A stretch of 64,000 bases of DNA, from assembly GCA_963810095.1 (NCBI GenBank), contig CAWEMM010000006.1, positions 1 through 64,000 of the forward strand, read 5' to 3'. Made by a program: the position numbers and the translations under genes. Positions 35,523 to 50,000 of this stretch are shown piece by piece; the first letter of the stretch is position 1, and the number at the start of each line of letters is the position of its first letter. The DNA is from an uncultured Chloroflexia bacterium. Its GTDB lineage: Bacteria > Chloroflexota > Anaerolineae > CG2-30-64-16. The notes under the pieces were generated by a model. The model was not told the origin of the DNA. It saw only the letters and a list, made by a program, of their open reading frames with translations, and searched no databases.

Positions 35523-38500
35523 ATGAAACCTTGCTCAATAGCAGGCAACCGCAGCATCCGTATCCTGCTTGCCCTGCTCCTCGTCACTGTCTCGTTCGCG
35601 CTGCCTGCTTTCAGCAGCTTGGCGGCCAGCACGCTGCTGTCGGCCAGCTTCGACAGCACTACCGACGGCTTCATCTACCAGGATGACGCCTTTGGAACCG
35701 CGCAGCCGGCATATGCCAGCGGCACGCGTGTGACCACGGGCGGCTACAGTGGGGGCGGCCTCCAGGTCGCACTCGGCGGCGTGGATGCCACTGCGGTCGC
35801 TAACATGTCGGGCGGGTGGTCGTACACGCTAAATGTCACGACCGCGCAGACCGGCGTGTCACTCTCGCTCCGCTACAAGCTCGAACAAACGGCTACGTAT
35901 GAGTTCGACGAGTTCAGCCGGGTCCGGGTCAAGGTCGACGGCGTAGAGATCGGCCGCGGCGTGAAGACCTATATCGATCACATCGGCGGCGACGGCTCGA
36001 GCACCCAGGGCAACAGCAACACCTTCCTGCCTACCACCGATTGGCAGCAGGTCGAGCTGTTCCTCGGCAACTGGGGGACCGGAAACCACACCGTCGTCCT
36101 GGGCGCCTCCAACAACAAGAAAGACGCTTCCGACGAATCGACCACGCTTGTGCTTGATGACGTCGTAATCACAGCCGGTAATGCCGCGCCAGCCGGTTCC
36201 GATGCGCTGCTAGTGGTGAATCGTTCGAGCCTGAGCCAGTTCCTGGCGTATGACCAGGCGCTGGCCGGCTTCCACGACCGCTGCTCGGCCAGCGGGGTGA
36301 GCTGCTCCACGGCGGGCAGCACGACCAACTATCTGAACGCGGTGACTTATGTAGAGCAGCAGTTGCAGGGCATGGGCTACACGACCCTGCGCCACAACTT
36401 CAACTACAGCGGGAACACCGGCACGAATATCTGCGGCACGAAGCTCGGCACGGTTACGCCAACGCAGATGTACATCGTCTCGGCGCACCTGGACGCGCGC
36501 AGTGGGGGCGACGGCTTTGACGACGACGCCTCGGGCGTGGCCCTGGGCCTCGAAGTCGCGCGGGCCCTGTCAGGCTCCGACGTCACGACAGACAAATCAG
36601 TGCGCGTCTGCTTCTGGGACAAGGAAGAGGTCGGCCTCTACGGCGCGTATGGCTACGTCCAAGACCGCCGCGCGCTCCAGGGCACGACCAGCGAGCCGAC
36701 GTGGCTCGGCGTCATTCAGCACGACATGATCCTGTACGACCACGGCGTGGGCACGCGCACGACAGCGCAGAGCGCGTACGCGGACCTGGACGTCGAGTGG
36801 CGGGCCGGCACGACCAAAGAGGCGGACTCGAAGGCCCTGGCGCTCAAGTGGCGCTACGTGAACGGCACGTACGCACCGGATTACCCCGCCACCGCCTACA
36901 ACTACTCGACCAATACCGACGACACAGCCTTCCACCCGTACGTCGCCTCAATCAGCGTGCGCGAGAACCGCCGCAGCCTGACCTCAGGCACCAACGCCGA
37001 GTGGATTAACCCGTACTATCACACGACGAGCGACATCGAGAGCTCTTACACGCGCGACGACGACGGCGACGGCAAGCGGGATGACATGGAGCTGGGCTAT
37101 AACGCGGTGCGCACCACGCTGGGCCTGGTGGCAGAGCTGGCCGGCGCGCATATCTCGACGCCAAACAACGCCCCCGTCGCGACTCCGCAGTCGGTGACCA
37201 CCAATGAGGACACGGCCAAGGCCATCACCCTCGCTGGCTCGGATGCGAACAATGACCCCCTCACCTACCGCGTCACGACAAGCCCAAGCCACGGCAGCCT
37301 CTCGGGCGCCGCGCCCAACCTCACCTACACGCCCGCGGCCAATTATAACGGCGCGGACAGCTTCCAGTTTGTCGTCAACGACGGCAAGGTCGACTCGGCC
37401 GCCGCAACGGTCAGCATCACGGTGAGCCCGGTCAATGACGCGCCGGTCGCCAACGTCCAGGCCGTCACGACGAACGAAGACACGGCCAAGGCGATCACGC
37501 TGGCCGGCTCTGACGCAGACGGCGATGTGCTCACTTACCGGGTAACGACCGACCCGAGCCACGGTGCGCTGTCGGGCACGGTGCCGAACCTCACCTACAC
37601 GCCCGCGGCCAACTACAACGGCGCGGATAGCTTCCAGTTTGTCGTCAACGACGGCAAGGTCGACTCGGCCGCCGCAACGGTGAGCATCACGGTGAGCCCG
37701 GTCAATGACGCGCCGGTGGCCAACGCCCAAGCCGTCACGACGAACGAAGACACGAGCAAGGCCATCACGCTGGCCGGCTCAGATGCAGACGGCGACGTGC
37801 TCAGTTACCGGGTAACGGCAAACCCGAGCCACGGTGCGCTGTCGGGCGCCGCGCCGAACCTCACCTACACGCCCGCGGCCAACTACAACGGCGCGGACAG
37901 CTTCCAGTTTGTCGTCAACGACGGCAAGGTCGACTCGGCTGCCGCAACGGTCAGCATCACGGTGAGCCCGGTCAATGACGCGCCGGTCGCCAGCGCCCAG
38001 GCCGTCACGACAAACGAAGACACGGCCAAGGCAATCACGCTGGCCGGCTCGGACGCAGACGGCGACGCGCTGACCTTCCAGGTCACGAGCGGCCCGAGCC
38101 ACGGCAGCCTCTCGGGCGCCGCGCCGAACCTCACCTACACGCCCGCGGCCAATTACAACGGCGCGGACAGCTTCCAGTTTGTCGTCAACGACGGCAAGGT
38201 CGACTCGGCCGCCGCAGACGGTCAGCATCACGGTCGATCCGGTTAACGACACACCGACCGCGGATGCGCAGACTGTGAGCACCGGCGAGGACACGCCCGT
38301 GGCGGTCAACCTCACCGGCTCGGACGCAGACGGCGACGCGCTGACCTTCCAAGTCACGAGCGGCCCGAGCCACGGCAGCCTCTCTGGCGCCGCGCCCAAC
38401 CTGACCTATGCACCCGCGCCGGACTACAACGGGCCGGACAGCTTCCAGTTCACCGTCACCGACGGCCTGCTCACTTCGCCGGCCGCGATCGTCTCGATCG

Positions 38501-40362
38501 ACGTTGCGGCCGTCAACGACGCGCCGGCCGCCAACCCGCAGTCGATCGTAACCGTCCAGGACACGCCAGTGGGCATCACGCTCAGCGGCTCGGATGTAGA
38601 TGGCACCCCTCTCACCTTCCGGGTGACCGGCGGGCCCAGCTTCGGTTCGCTCTCTGGCGCCGCCCCCAATCTCGTCTACACGCCGAATGCAGGCTACAAC
38701 GGGCCTGACAGCTTCACTTTCGTCGCCAACGACGGTCAGGTCGATTCGGCCGCCGCGACGGTCAGTATCACGGTGAAGCTCGCGGGCGCGGTCAATGAAC
38801 CGCCGACTGCAAACGCCCAGGCCGTGACGACGGACGAGGACGTGTCTGCGGCTATCACGCTGACCGGCGCCGACCCTAACTCGGACACGCTGTCCTACCG
38901 GGTTACGAGCGGCCCGAGCCACGGCAGCCTCTCGGGCGCCGCACCCAACCTGACGTACACACCCGAGGCCAACTACAACGGCCCGGACGTCTTCGAGTTT
39001 GTGGCGAACGACGGCCAGGTCGATTCCGTGCCGGCCGCTGTAGCCATTACGGTTACCCCCGTCAACGATGCGCCGGCGGCCGGCGCACAGTCGCTGACGA
39101 CGAGCGAGGACACCTCGGTGCCGCTGACCCTGAGCGGCTCGGATGTCGACGGCGACGTGCTGACCTACCGGGTGACGAGCGGGCCCAACCACGGCGCGCT
39201 TTCGGGCACCGCGCCCAACCTGAGCTACATCCCGGCGGCCAACTACAACGGCCCCGACGCCTTCCAGTTCGTCGTGAACGATGGGCAAGTCGATTCGGCC
39301 GCAGCCACAGTGGACGTCGCAGTCGACGCGGTCAACGACCCGCCAGTGGCAAACGCGCAACCGGTCACGACGCTGGCCGGCACGCCGGTAGCCGTCACGC
39401 TGACGGGTTCGGATATCGACGGTGACCCGCTGTCCTACGTGGTCACCATTAGCCCGGGCCATGGCGTCCTTTCGGGCGCGGCCCCCAACCTGACCTACAC
39501 GCCGACGGCGGGCTACATCGGACCGGACAGCTTTGCATTTGTGGTCAACGACGGCACGGTTGACTCGGCAGCGGCGACGGTCAGCCTCACGGTCAACCCG
39601 AACGGGCCCAACCTCTATGTTAGCTCGACCGGCTCGGGCACGGCGGGCAACGTGTCCTTCGCGGATGAGGACATCCTCATTCGCAACCAGGCCACCGGCG
39701 GCTACTCGCTGTACTTCGACGGCTCGGACGTGGGCCTATCGAGCACGGACGTCGACGCGTACGAGATGCTGACGGACGGATCGCTGCTGTTCAGCTTCGA
39801 CAGCGACTTCACGCTCAGCGGCTTCGGTACGGTCGACGATTCCGATGTCCTCAAGTTCACGCCCACGTCGACCGGCGACAACACGGCCGGCACGTGGAGC
39901 TGGTATTTCGACGGCTCGGACGTGGGCTTGACGACCACGGGCGAAGACGTGGACGCGCTAGCCTTGCTGCCAGATGGGCGGCTCATCATCAGCACGCTTG
40001 ATGCGGTCTCGGTCACCGGCGTTTCGGGCGCGGACGAGGACCTCCTCGCCTTCACACCAAGCGCGCTCGGCTCGACGACCAGCGGCACGTGGGCCATGTA
40101 CTTCGACGGCTCGGACGTAGGCTTGTCGACGAGCGCGAATGAAGACATCAACGCGGTCGACATCGACCCGACAGGCAAGATCTACATCAGCACGGTTGGC
40201 TCCTTCAGCGTCACGGGCGCCAGCGGCGACGGCTCTGACGTCATCGTATGCACGCCGAGTTCGCTCGGCAGCACGACTGCGTGTACCTGGGCGGTGTACT
40301 GGGACGGCTCGGCAAACGGATTCTCGGGCCAGGACACGGACGCGCTCTTTATCGTCCCGTAA
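35523..40362 (+). CDS. secreted M28 metallopeptidase with nine ~90-aa Ig/cadherin-like repeats and a C-terminal YFDGSDVGL-repeat domain; frameshift near 38215
   Basis: Signal peptide; SAHLD, DDDASG, WDKEEVGL, QHDMI, YHTTSD; VNDAPVA repeats every ~270 bp. Confidence 0.85.
37165..39600 (+). repeat. nine ~270-bp tandem coding repeats, the first four near-identical
   Basis: Unit starts near 37165, 37431, 37701, 37971, 38242, 38512, 38791, 39061, 39331. Confidence 0.85.
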
Positions 40363-40622
40363 CCGCGCACGTCTCCCGCACTTCGCGCCCGGCCGTACTC
40401 GCAGTCCTGCGGGTGCGGCTGGGTGCGCGTATAACGCGGCTAGGAAAACGCCGCTACTTTGCCGACGAACCGTCGTCATGACGACTGTAATGTACGTCAA
40501 GCACACTGCTGCGTGCATGGGCGTGCCAAGGCACGCGTCGGCTTCCTTCATTGTTGTCCGCCCTGCTCCGGTTCAGCCTCCGGTCAGCAGGGCAAGCATT
40601 GCTGACGGCTGAGGAGCTAGCC

Positions 40623-43600
40623 ATGCAGTCTCTTCGATCTCCAGCCAGAAGCCGCCGAATGAGCCGGTGGCTAACCGTTGCCTTGATCTTCGCGTTCGCG
40701 CTGCCCGGCGCCGCGACCGCCGCGCCTGCGGCCGCGCCGGCCGCCACGCTGCTGTCAGTGAATTTCGATACTACGACGGACGGATTCACTTATGCGGACG
40801 ACGTGTTTGCCACCAGCCAGCCGGCCTATGCCAGCGGCGCGCGCACGACGACCGGCGGGTATTCCGGGACGGGAGGCCTCCAGGTGACGCTGGGCGGCGT
40901 GGACGCCAACACCATTAGCGGCATGTCCGGCGGGTGGTCCTACACGCTCAACGCGACGACCGCCCAGACCGGCGTGTTCCTGTCCTTCCGTTATAAGCTC
41001 GATCAGACGGCCACGTACAGTTACGACGAGTACAGCCGGGTGCGCATCAAGGTTGACGGGGTCGAGCTGGGCCGGGGCTCGAAGACTTATGTCGACCATA
41101 TCGGCGGCGACGGCACCAGCGGCACCGGTACCGAACAGGGCTACGCCAACACTTACCTCCCTACTACCGACTGGCAGCAGGCGAGCCTGTACGTGGGCGA
41201 TTGGGCCCCGGGCAACCACACGCTCGTGCTGGGCGGCTTCAACAACAAGAAGAACCTCTCCACCCAGACGACTACCGTAACCATCGACGACGTGTCGGTC
41301 ACGAGCGGCAATCCGGCACCTGTCCAGACCGCGGCGCAGACTCTGGCCGGGCGCGCGAGCTACAGCCAGTTCCTGGCCTTCAACCAGGGCATCGCTCAAT
41401 TCGACGACCGCTGCCGCGGAGCGAGTATGGGCTGCACGTCCTACGACGCCTCAGCCAATCCCGCCTCCACCTCCAACTATATGCGCGCCCTGGCGTGGGT
41501 GGAGGGTCAGCTTCAGGCGATGGGCTACACGACCGTGCGCCATAGCTTCACCTCCAATACAGGCGGCGTCAATCTGTATGCCACTAAGCCGGGCACGGTG
41601 AGTCCGACTGAGATGTACATGGTTTCGGGGCACCTCGACGCGCGCTCGGGCGGGGATGGCTTCGACGATGATGGCTCGGCCGTCGCCCTGCTGCTGGAGG
41701 TCGCACGCGTGCTCTTCGGCCGCCGATGTGACCACCGACAAGTCGGTACGCTTCATTTTCTGGGATAAAGAAGAAGTGGGCCTGTACGGCGCAACCGCCT
41801 ACGCCTCCAACAACACTGCGGCGGGCGGCCGGCGCGACCTGCAAGGGACGGTCGACGAGCCCACCTGGTTGGGGCTCATCCAGCACGACATGATCCTCTA
41901 CGACCACGGCGCGGGCACCCGCACCACCGCGCAGAGCGCGTACGCGGACCTGGACGTGGAGTGGTACTCCGGCGCGACCAAGGCGGCGGACTCGAAAGCC
42001 CTGGCGCTCAAGTGGGCGTTCGCGAATGGCACATACGCACCCGATTACCCCGCCACGGCCTATAATTACTCGACCAACACCGATGACACGCCGTTTCGTG
42101 ACTACGTGGCCTCGGTTAGCGTGCGCGAGAACCGGCGGAGCCTGACGTCGAACTCAAACGCGGAATGGATCAACCCGTATTACCACACAACAAGTGACGT
42201 GGAGAACTCCTATATTCGCGACGATGATGCCGACGGGATGCGCGACGACATCGAGTTGGGTGTCAACGCGGTGAAAACCACGCTGGGACTGGTGGCCGAG
42301 CTGGCAGGCGCACACATGGCCGTGCCTAACACGGTGCCGGTGGCCAACGCGCAGGCGCTCACGACGTTCCAGGACACGCCGGTCAGCATCACCCTGACGG
42401 CCTCAGACGCGGACGGGGACCCCCTCACCTACCGGGTAGCCGCCGGCCCCGGCCACGGCGCCTTGACCGGCACGCCCCCCGGCCTCACCTACACGCCTGC
42501 CGCAAGCTATGCCGGGTCCGATAGCTTCCAGTTCGTCGCCAACGACGGCAGGGCCGACTCCGCCCCCGCGACCGTCGGCATCACCGTCGCGCCGCCCGTC
42601 TTCGGCCTGCCCTTCACCGACGACTTCGAGACGGCGAAGGGCTGGCGTGCGAATCCCTCGGGCACAGACGCCGCAAGCACCGGGCAATGGGAGCGCGGCC
42701 AGGCGCAGCCGACCGACGGCGAGGGTCCCAAGCAGCTTGTCCCGGCCAGCGGCCAGTATGACCTGGTGACGGCCGCGGCTGCTGGGACGGTGGTTGGCTC
42801 GAACGACGTGGACGACGGCCTCACCTCGGTGCGCTCGCCCGACCTCACGCTCCCCGAGGGCCAGCCTATCCGACTCGCGTTCAAGTACACTTTCAGCCAC
42901 GGCACGAATTCATCGACCGAGGACTATTTTCGGGTAAAGGCGGTCGGTGCGACGACGCAGACCCTACTCGAGCTGCGCGGCAGTTCGGACGACATCGACG
43001 CAGCCTGGACAACCTACAGCGCGGACCTGAGCAGCTTCGCCGGGCAGACGGTTTACCTGCTCCTCGAGGCAGCGGATGGCGGCGGTCCGAGCATCCTGGA
43101 GGCCGCGGTCGACGACGTGTCGGTGACCGCGGGCGCGGGCAGCGAGAACACGCTGCTCTCCGCGTCGTTCGACGCGGGGCAGACGGCTTCACGTACGCGG
43201 ATGACACATTCCGCGGCGTGGCGCAGGGCGGCTACGCCGATGGGGCGTACCTGGCTTCGGGCGGCGCGAGCGGCGGCGGCCTGCAGGTCAGGCTGGGCGG
43301 GCTCGACGACGAGATCGTGACTGACATGTCAGGCGGCTGGAGCCGGGGCTTCACTCTGCCGGCCCCGGGCGCGGCGCAGGTTTCCTTTAAGTACCGGCTG
43401 ACGCAATCGTCCGAGTACGAGCCGGAGGAACTCAGCCAGGCGCTCATGAGCGTCGACGGCGGCCTGGTCGGGCAGGGGGGGCAGGACTACGTCGCGCTCG
43501 GTGCGCGGCAACGGCAACGGCGGCGGCGACGAGACGACCGGCTGGATTTACGCGTCGGTGCGCGTCGAGGGGCTGAACGCGGGGACGCACACGCTCACGC

Positions 43601-43683
43601 TGGGTGGCTACAACAACCGGAAGAGCTGGACCAACGAGACGACCGAAGTGCTGCTCGACGACGTGCGGGTGAGCATTCCGTAA
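40623..43683 (+). CDS. second M28 peptidase paralog with one Ig repeat and two C-terminal beta-sandwich domains; frameshifts near 41715, 43180, 43500
   Basis: SGHLD, DDDGSA, WDKEEVGL, QHDMI, YHTTSD; long near-identical segments shared with 35523-37160. Confidence 0.8.
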
Positions 43684-43797
43684 CAGCGCGCCGCGGCGGG
43701 AGTCGCCGCCGCTTCGCTAAGCCAACGATTTGCGGTACGGATTAGAGTCTGCAAAGCAAATAGCAACTTCGCGTCACAGAAACCATCTTAATCGACA

Positions 43798-43826
43798 TTG
43801 ACAAAACACACCAGGGAGACTACAAT
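43798..43826 (+). promoter_or_regulatory. near-consensus sigma70 promoter for the giant repeat gene
   Basis: TTGACA, 17 bp, TACAAT. Confidence 0.75.
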
Positions 43827-44001
43827 TGACGTTGACCTCAACAGGCGGAATATCGACACTTTCTCGACGTCAATTGCCGCAGCGGGCACTGCGCCCCTGC
43901 GGCGACTCCAAATGTGACAACTTCTGCGCGCCTTGCCATCCGGCCCGGCGCCATGCTCCATATTAACACCTAGCGCTCTTTGTCCAATTGAGGAGGAACC
44001 G

Positions 44002-47000
44002 ATGGACCTGTCCCGTCCTTCACCCACCCGACGGCCGGCGAGCCGATCGCGCGCGTCACTTGCGCTTGTCCTGGCGCTTGCGATGGTGCTTGCACTTGTA
44101 ACTGCAGGTTTCTTCACACAGCCTGCGGCCGCAGCCAACCCGCCACCGGTGCAGTACTATTATCGTCACGCTGCCGGAAGACGATCTGCTGACGCTCTTC
44201 GACGAGAACCAGGACACGGTCGGCGGTACCGTACGACCAGGTCGTCAGCCCCATCCGCAGCGTGACATCCGTCGCGATCAACGAGCGGAACGTCCTCGTC
44301 TATTGGGACCAGTGGGAAGACGGCGGCGTACGACGCGGACATCGCGAACCCCGGCGCCAACGTCTACAACGCGACCACGAACCCGGACGGGACGCAGATC
44401 TGGGGCGACGGGGATCTCACCAACGGCTGCCCGCCCGCGCTTTTCTCGGGCCCGAATCCGTGCGGCCTCCCGGCCGACGACCAATTCGTGCCCGGCGACG
44501 TCATCATCCTGGACAACGACGTCGCGGTCAAGACCGGTGCCGTGTACGCGCTCGACCAGTTCAACACCGTCGCCTACAACAACCAGAACGGCACCGCGAA
44601 CTGGGCTGGAAACTGGACGGAAGTGGGTGACAACGCTACCGCGTCCTCCGGTGACATTCTCATCACCAGCAACCGGCTGCAGTTCCAGGAAGCGACCACG
44701 ACAATACCCAGCATTTACCGTGAAGTGAGTATTCCGGTAAACGGGGGCGTCACGGTTAGCTCTTTCGCCAGGTTGATATTCACTGTGGGCTACAACGCTG
44801 TCGAGTTCGATGGGTCCGATGAGTTCCGGGTCGATGTATCGGACGACGGCGGAGCCACATGGAGTACCGTCAGCACGTTCGGCACTTCGGCGGCCCCGGC
44901 AACCAGCCAGAGTTTTGACATCGGCGCGAATCTCCCGACGACCGGCAACCCCGCGTGCGCTTCTACCAGGTCGACCCACTTGAGACTGGGGAGTACTGGT
45001 ATGTCGATGACGTGCGGGTCGAGTGGGGCTACTACCGCGACCCCGCCCAGATCTTCTTCGACGGCCGCGACAAGGTGGGCGTGACCGCGCCGGTCGCGAT
45101 GACGCCGCGGCGCGTTCCCGCCCACGCCGGGCTCGGTGATGGCCGGCGCGTCCGAAATGTTCGACACTGCCAGTGGGGCACCTCCTACGTTGCGCCGGTC
45201 GGCGAGGACACCGTCCGCACCCAACAACTCCGCTTTCGAAGACATCCGCAGGTTCATCATGGCCGGCCCCGGCGGCGCGACGGTCGACGTGGATGCGAAT
45301 GCGGACGGCGAGTCGCTGACCCGGGTGACCTCAACGACTTCGTGATGGCCGAGGGCTCGCGGAAGTCGGTGGACGGCATCAACACGGCGCGACGCTGACC
45401 GTCGTCGCCGGCAACCCGGTGCAGGTCAACTCGATGACCGCGGACGACAACGACACCTTCGAGTTCCGCTGGGACGCGCTGGTGCCCCGGCCGAACTGGA
45501 GCAACGACTACTACACGCCTGTCGGCACGACGCCCAACCGGCACCGCCGGCGCTGCAAGGCTGCACCGAGGTGTGGGTCTACAACCCGAATGCCACCGCA
45601 GATCACGATCACTTCGACGCCCCGGCGGAGTTTCATATCCCTCCGCAGACGGTAGCTTCAACGTCCCAGCCAACAGCGATGCGGCCAGCCCGGACGGCAA
45701 CGAACCTCCTTACCGGCGGCAACGGCGCGCGCTTCTGGTCGGAAGGCGGCCAGGTCTTCTCACCGCTCTCCGTCACCGACTGCACGAGGAGAGCAACACC
45801 AACGGCCGCATTATGGACTGGGGCGCGCCGCTGGTGCCGACCAACCAACTGACCTCCGAGGTGCTCGTCGGCTGGGCGCCCGGCTGCTCGAACGAGAGCC
45901 ACAGCGGCATCTGCCATGACCCGGACGCGATCCAACGGGACGACGCCCGACAGGACACGCGGGCAGTCGTAACGTGGTCTTCGTGACAGCGGTCGCCAAC
46001 ACGAACATCTACGTGGACACAAACGGCAGCGGCTTGACCTGCACGCCTGGCACCCCCCCGGCGGTGACGGGCGCAGAGCAGACAGCAACCGGCGCATCGC
46101 CGCTCACCTCCTACCGCTACGATGAAGATGCCGACCTCGCGCGCGCTACGTCCACGACAACTTCAACACGTCAGAGCTACACGAGACGACAGACAGCGTC
46201 GACAGGTTGGCCGGCGGAGCAGACCTGGACGAGCGATTGGGCGGAAGGCGGCGGCGAGACGCCGACCTCAGCACTGCTGGCGCGATCCAGATCAAGGTGG
46301 GTCCGGCCACGCTGCGACTGCAGGAACTGGCCTCACGACGAAACCGGCCGCAGGATTCAGCGCAGCCACAACACATCGGGCAACACCTTCGCCCGCCTGA
46401 GCTTCGAGCTCATCTCGTCCACGGGGCTGGACGCCAACGACCGCATCGCCGTCGAGGGCTCAACCAACGGCACGACCTGGAACACGCTGAAGACCTACGT
46501 CGGGCCGTGGTCCAGACCTCCCCGGCCGAACTTCCCACGCTCGAGGTCTTCAACATCAGCGCGTTCATCGCCAACCCGACCTACGTGCGCTTCCGGTTCG
46601 TGGACAACCTGGAAACCGGCGACTAGTGGGCGGTCGACCACGTCCACATCGACTACGCCACGGGCGGCGACTACGACATGAGCGGTGCGCTGATCAAGAC
46701 GTTCAACTCGGACTGCACCGGCACCCCAATCGCGGTCGCCTACGGCCAGGACCGCCGCTCACCGGCGGCAACGACGACGAGGCCCTCGACCTGGGCACCC
46801 TCGTCCCGCCGTACCGCCCCGCCGTCCGCCTGCGGCGCGGTCGGCAACTACGTCTGGGTGGACGAGGACGGCGACGGCAAGCAGGACGCGGGCGAGACGG
46901 GCATCCCGAACGTGAAGGTGACGCTGACCGGCACGGCGCACCGACGGCACGACCTACAATCTGACCACCTACACGGACGCCAACGGCGGCTACATGTTCA

Positions 47001-50000
47001 GGGACCTGAAGCCGTCGAATGCCAGCGGCTACACCGTCACGGTGGATCCGGCCACGCTGCCGGCCGGCCTGGCCGCGAACCCGACCTATGACGAGGACGG
47101 CACGGCCACGCCGCCATACGACCAATGTGTCGTTGACCGCGGGCGAGGAGCACCGACGGCGGACTTCGGCTACAACTGGGCGCCGACGACCGACGTCACG
47201 GGCAACACCGGCACCGGCGCGATCGGCGACTGCGTGTGGATCGACGCGGACGGCGACGGCATGCAGGACCCGGCGAGATCGGGCTGGGCAGCGTGACCGT
47301 CAACCTGTACACGACCCGGACGGCGACGGGCGTTTGGACAGCAGACGACGTACTCGCCGCAACGACCACCACCAACGACACGGGCAACTACATCTTTGAC
47401 GGTCTGCCGGCGGGCGCCTACGTCGTCGGATCCCCGGCGCCGCCGGCGGGCTACACCCAGACCGGCGACCCGGACGACACGATGGATAACCAGACGACGG
47501 CGCCCATCGTCCTGGCCCCCGGCGACGTCTTCCTCAACGCCGACTTCGGCTACCAGCCGGCGCGGCGCCATCGGCACGATCGGCGACACGGTGTGGGTCG
47601 ACTCCAACCGCAACAATGCCAAGGATGCGGGCGAGCCCGGCATCCCGGGCGTCACCGTGGCGCTCATCAAGGACCTGAACGGCGACGGCATCTGGGACGT
47701 CGGCGAGCCGATCATCGCCACCGACATCACGGACGAGAACGGCGTCTACGGTTTCACGGCTTGCCGCTGCGACGGGCGCGGGCACCGACGAATACCTCGT
47801 ATGGGTGAGCGACACGAGCAGCGTCCCGGGCCGCTGGCTCTTAGACGTCCGCGACGGCGGACAGCCAGGGCAACCCGACTACCGGCGTCATGACGGGCCT
47901 GGGCATCAGCGAGGTGACTGAACCGGACACGCCGAGCAACCACGAAACCAGGACTTCGCGCTACACGCCGCTGCGGCCATGACGCGAACGAAGGCCTCAT
48001 CGGCGACACGATCTTCCTGGATCGTGACGGCGGCAACGACTTCGACGCCGGCGAGGGTATCGAGGGCGTGACAGTCGAACTCCTCAACAGCACGGGCCAG
48101 TTGGTGGGCCGACCAGCACGACGAAAATGGCCAGTACTTCTTCGGCGGACTGCCGGCGGGCACCTATACGGTGCAGCGTCATCACGTCGACCCTGCCTGG
48201 CAACGGCGCCGGGCTGACCAACACGTCGACCCGGACACTTGCCAGCCGGCACGATCGGCAACAGCCAGTCCTCGGTAACGATCGGCGGCGCCCAGCGCCT
48301 GATCAACCTCGCGCAGGACTTCGGCTACCGGCCAAGCGGCACGCAGCCAGTCAACAGCCTGTCGGGCACGGTCTGGCAGGACACAAACGCGGACGGCACG
48401 CTTTCGGGTGAGACCGGGCGGTTCCAGGGCGTGACCGTCGACCTCTACATCGACAGAACGGCAACGGCGTACTGGACAGCGGCGACAACATCGTCGGGAC
48501 GACCTCGACCGACTCGAGCGGCAATTACGGCTTCGACCGGCTTCCTAACGGCATTTACTTCGTCGATGTGACCGATCAGGCGAACGTGCTGAACGGCTAC
48601 TGGAAGTCGAACGGCCCGAACGCCGGCGCGGACAACAACAGCCAGGTCGACCCCTACAAGGTCACCCTCAACGGCGGCCAGAACAACGCCACCGCCGACT
48701 TCGGCTACTATAATAAGCCGGCCAAGTTGGGCGACTACGTCTGGGAAGACACGAACGGCAACGGCATCCAGGACAGCGGCGAGCCGGCGATTCAGAACGC
48801 GGTCGTCACGCTGACGATCACCTGGCCGTCGAGCGGCACGGGCACGACGATTGTCAAGACGACGACGGGCATGGACGGCAAGTACCTCTTCGACAACCTG
48901 CTGCTCGACGAGAACATGACGAGCGGCACGGGCGCGGGCAACCCGACCTTCAGCATCTCGATTGCTACGCCGTCCGGCTACCTGCCGACGCTCACAACCC
49001 AGGGCGGCAACACGGCCTTGGACTCGAACCCGAACCCGACAGCCGCCACCGTTACTAAGGGCGGCTCGGACCTGACGTATGACTTCGGCTTCGTGCGGCC
49101 CAACTCCGTGGGCGACTTCGTGTGGCTGGACATGAACGGCAACGGCGTTCAGGATGCGGGCGAGACCCGGCCTGGCGAATGCCACCGTGACCCTGTACAC
49201 CGGCCGCGGGTGCGCAGGTTGGCTCGCCCCAGACCACGGGCTCGAGCGGCGCCTATCAGCTTCACCAACCTGGGGCCCGGCCAGTACAAGGTCTGCTTCA
49301 CGACCCCGTCCGGCTACAGCTTCAGCCCCACCTGCGGGCGGCAACGCCGCGACGGACTCTGACAGCGAATGCCGGCGCGACCGCCGGACTGCTCCGCCGA
49401 CTTCACCTTGACATCCAACCAGAACAACACCACCTCGACGCCGGCATGTACCGCCCGCCTCGGTCGGCGACTTCGTCTGGAGCGACACCAACGCCAACGG
49501 CATCCAGGACAGCGGCGAAACCACCGGCGTGGCGAATGCCACGGTCACCCTCTACACGGCCGCGGGCGTTCAGGTCGGCTCGCCGATCAACACGCCGGCC
49601 AGCGGCGCCTACAGCTTCACCGGCCTGGTCCCCGGCTCCTACAAGGTCTGCTTCACGGCGCCGAGCGGCTACACCTACAGCCCCACCGGCCAGGGCACGC
49701 CGAGCACCGACAGCGATGCCGGCGTGACCGCCGGCGGCTGCTCCGCCAACTTCACCCTGACCAACGGCCAGAACAACACCACGCTCGACGCCGGGTTGTA
49801 CCAGCCCGCCACGATCGGCGACAAGGTCTGGCTGGACACCAATGCCAACGGCATCCAGGACGCCGGCGAGACCAGCGGCGTACCCAACGTCACCGTCACC
49901 CTGTACACCAGCACCGGGACGCAGGTCGCCACCCCGCAGACCACGCCCGCCGGCGGCGGCTATAGCTTCACCAACGTGCCGCCCGGCTCCTACAAGGTCT

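Noticed and set aside
46624-46626. In-frame TAG in the SdrD-like gene as a real gene end
   Set aside because: The paralogous segment near 44985-45010 reads [10 protein letters not shown], so TAG probably replaces TAC in an error-rich stretch.
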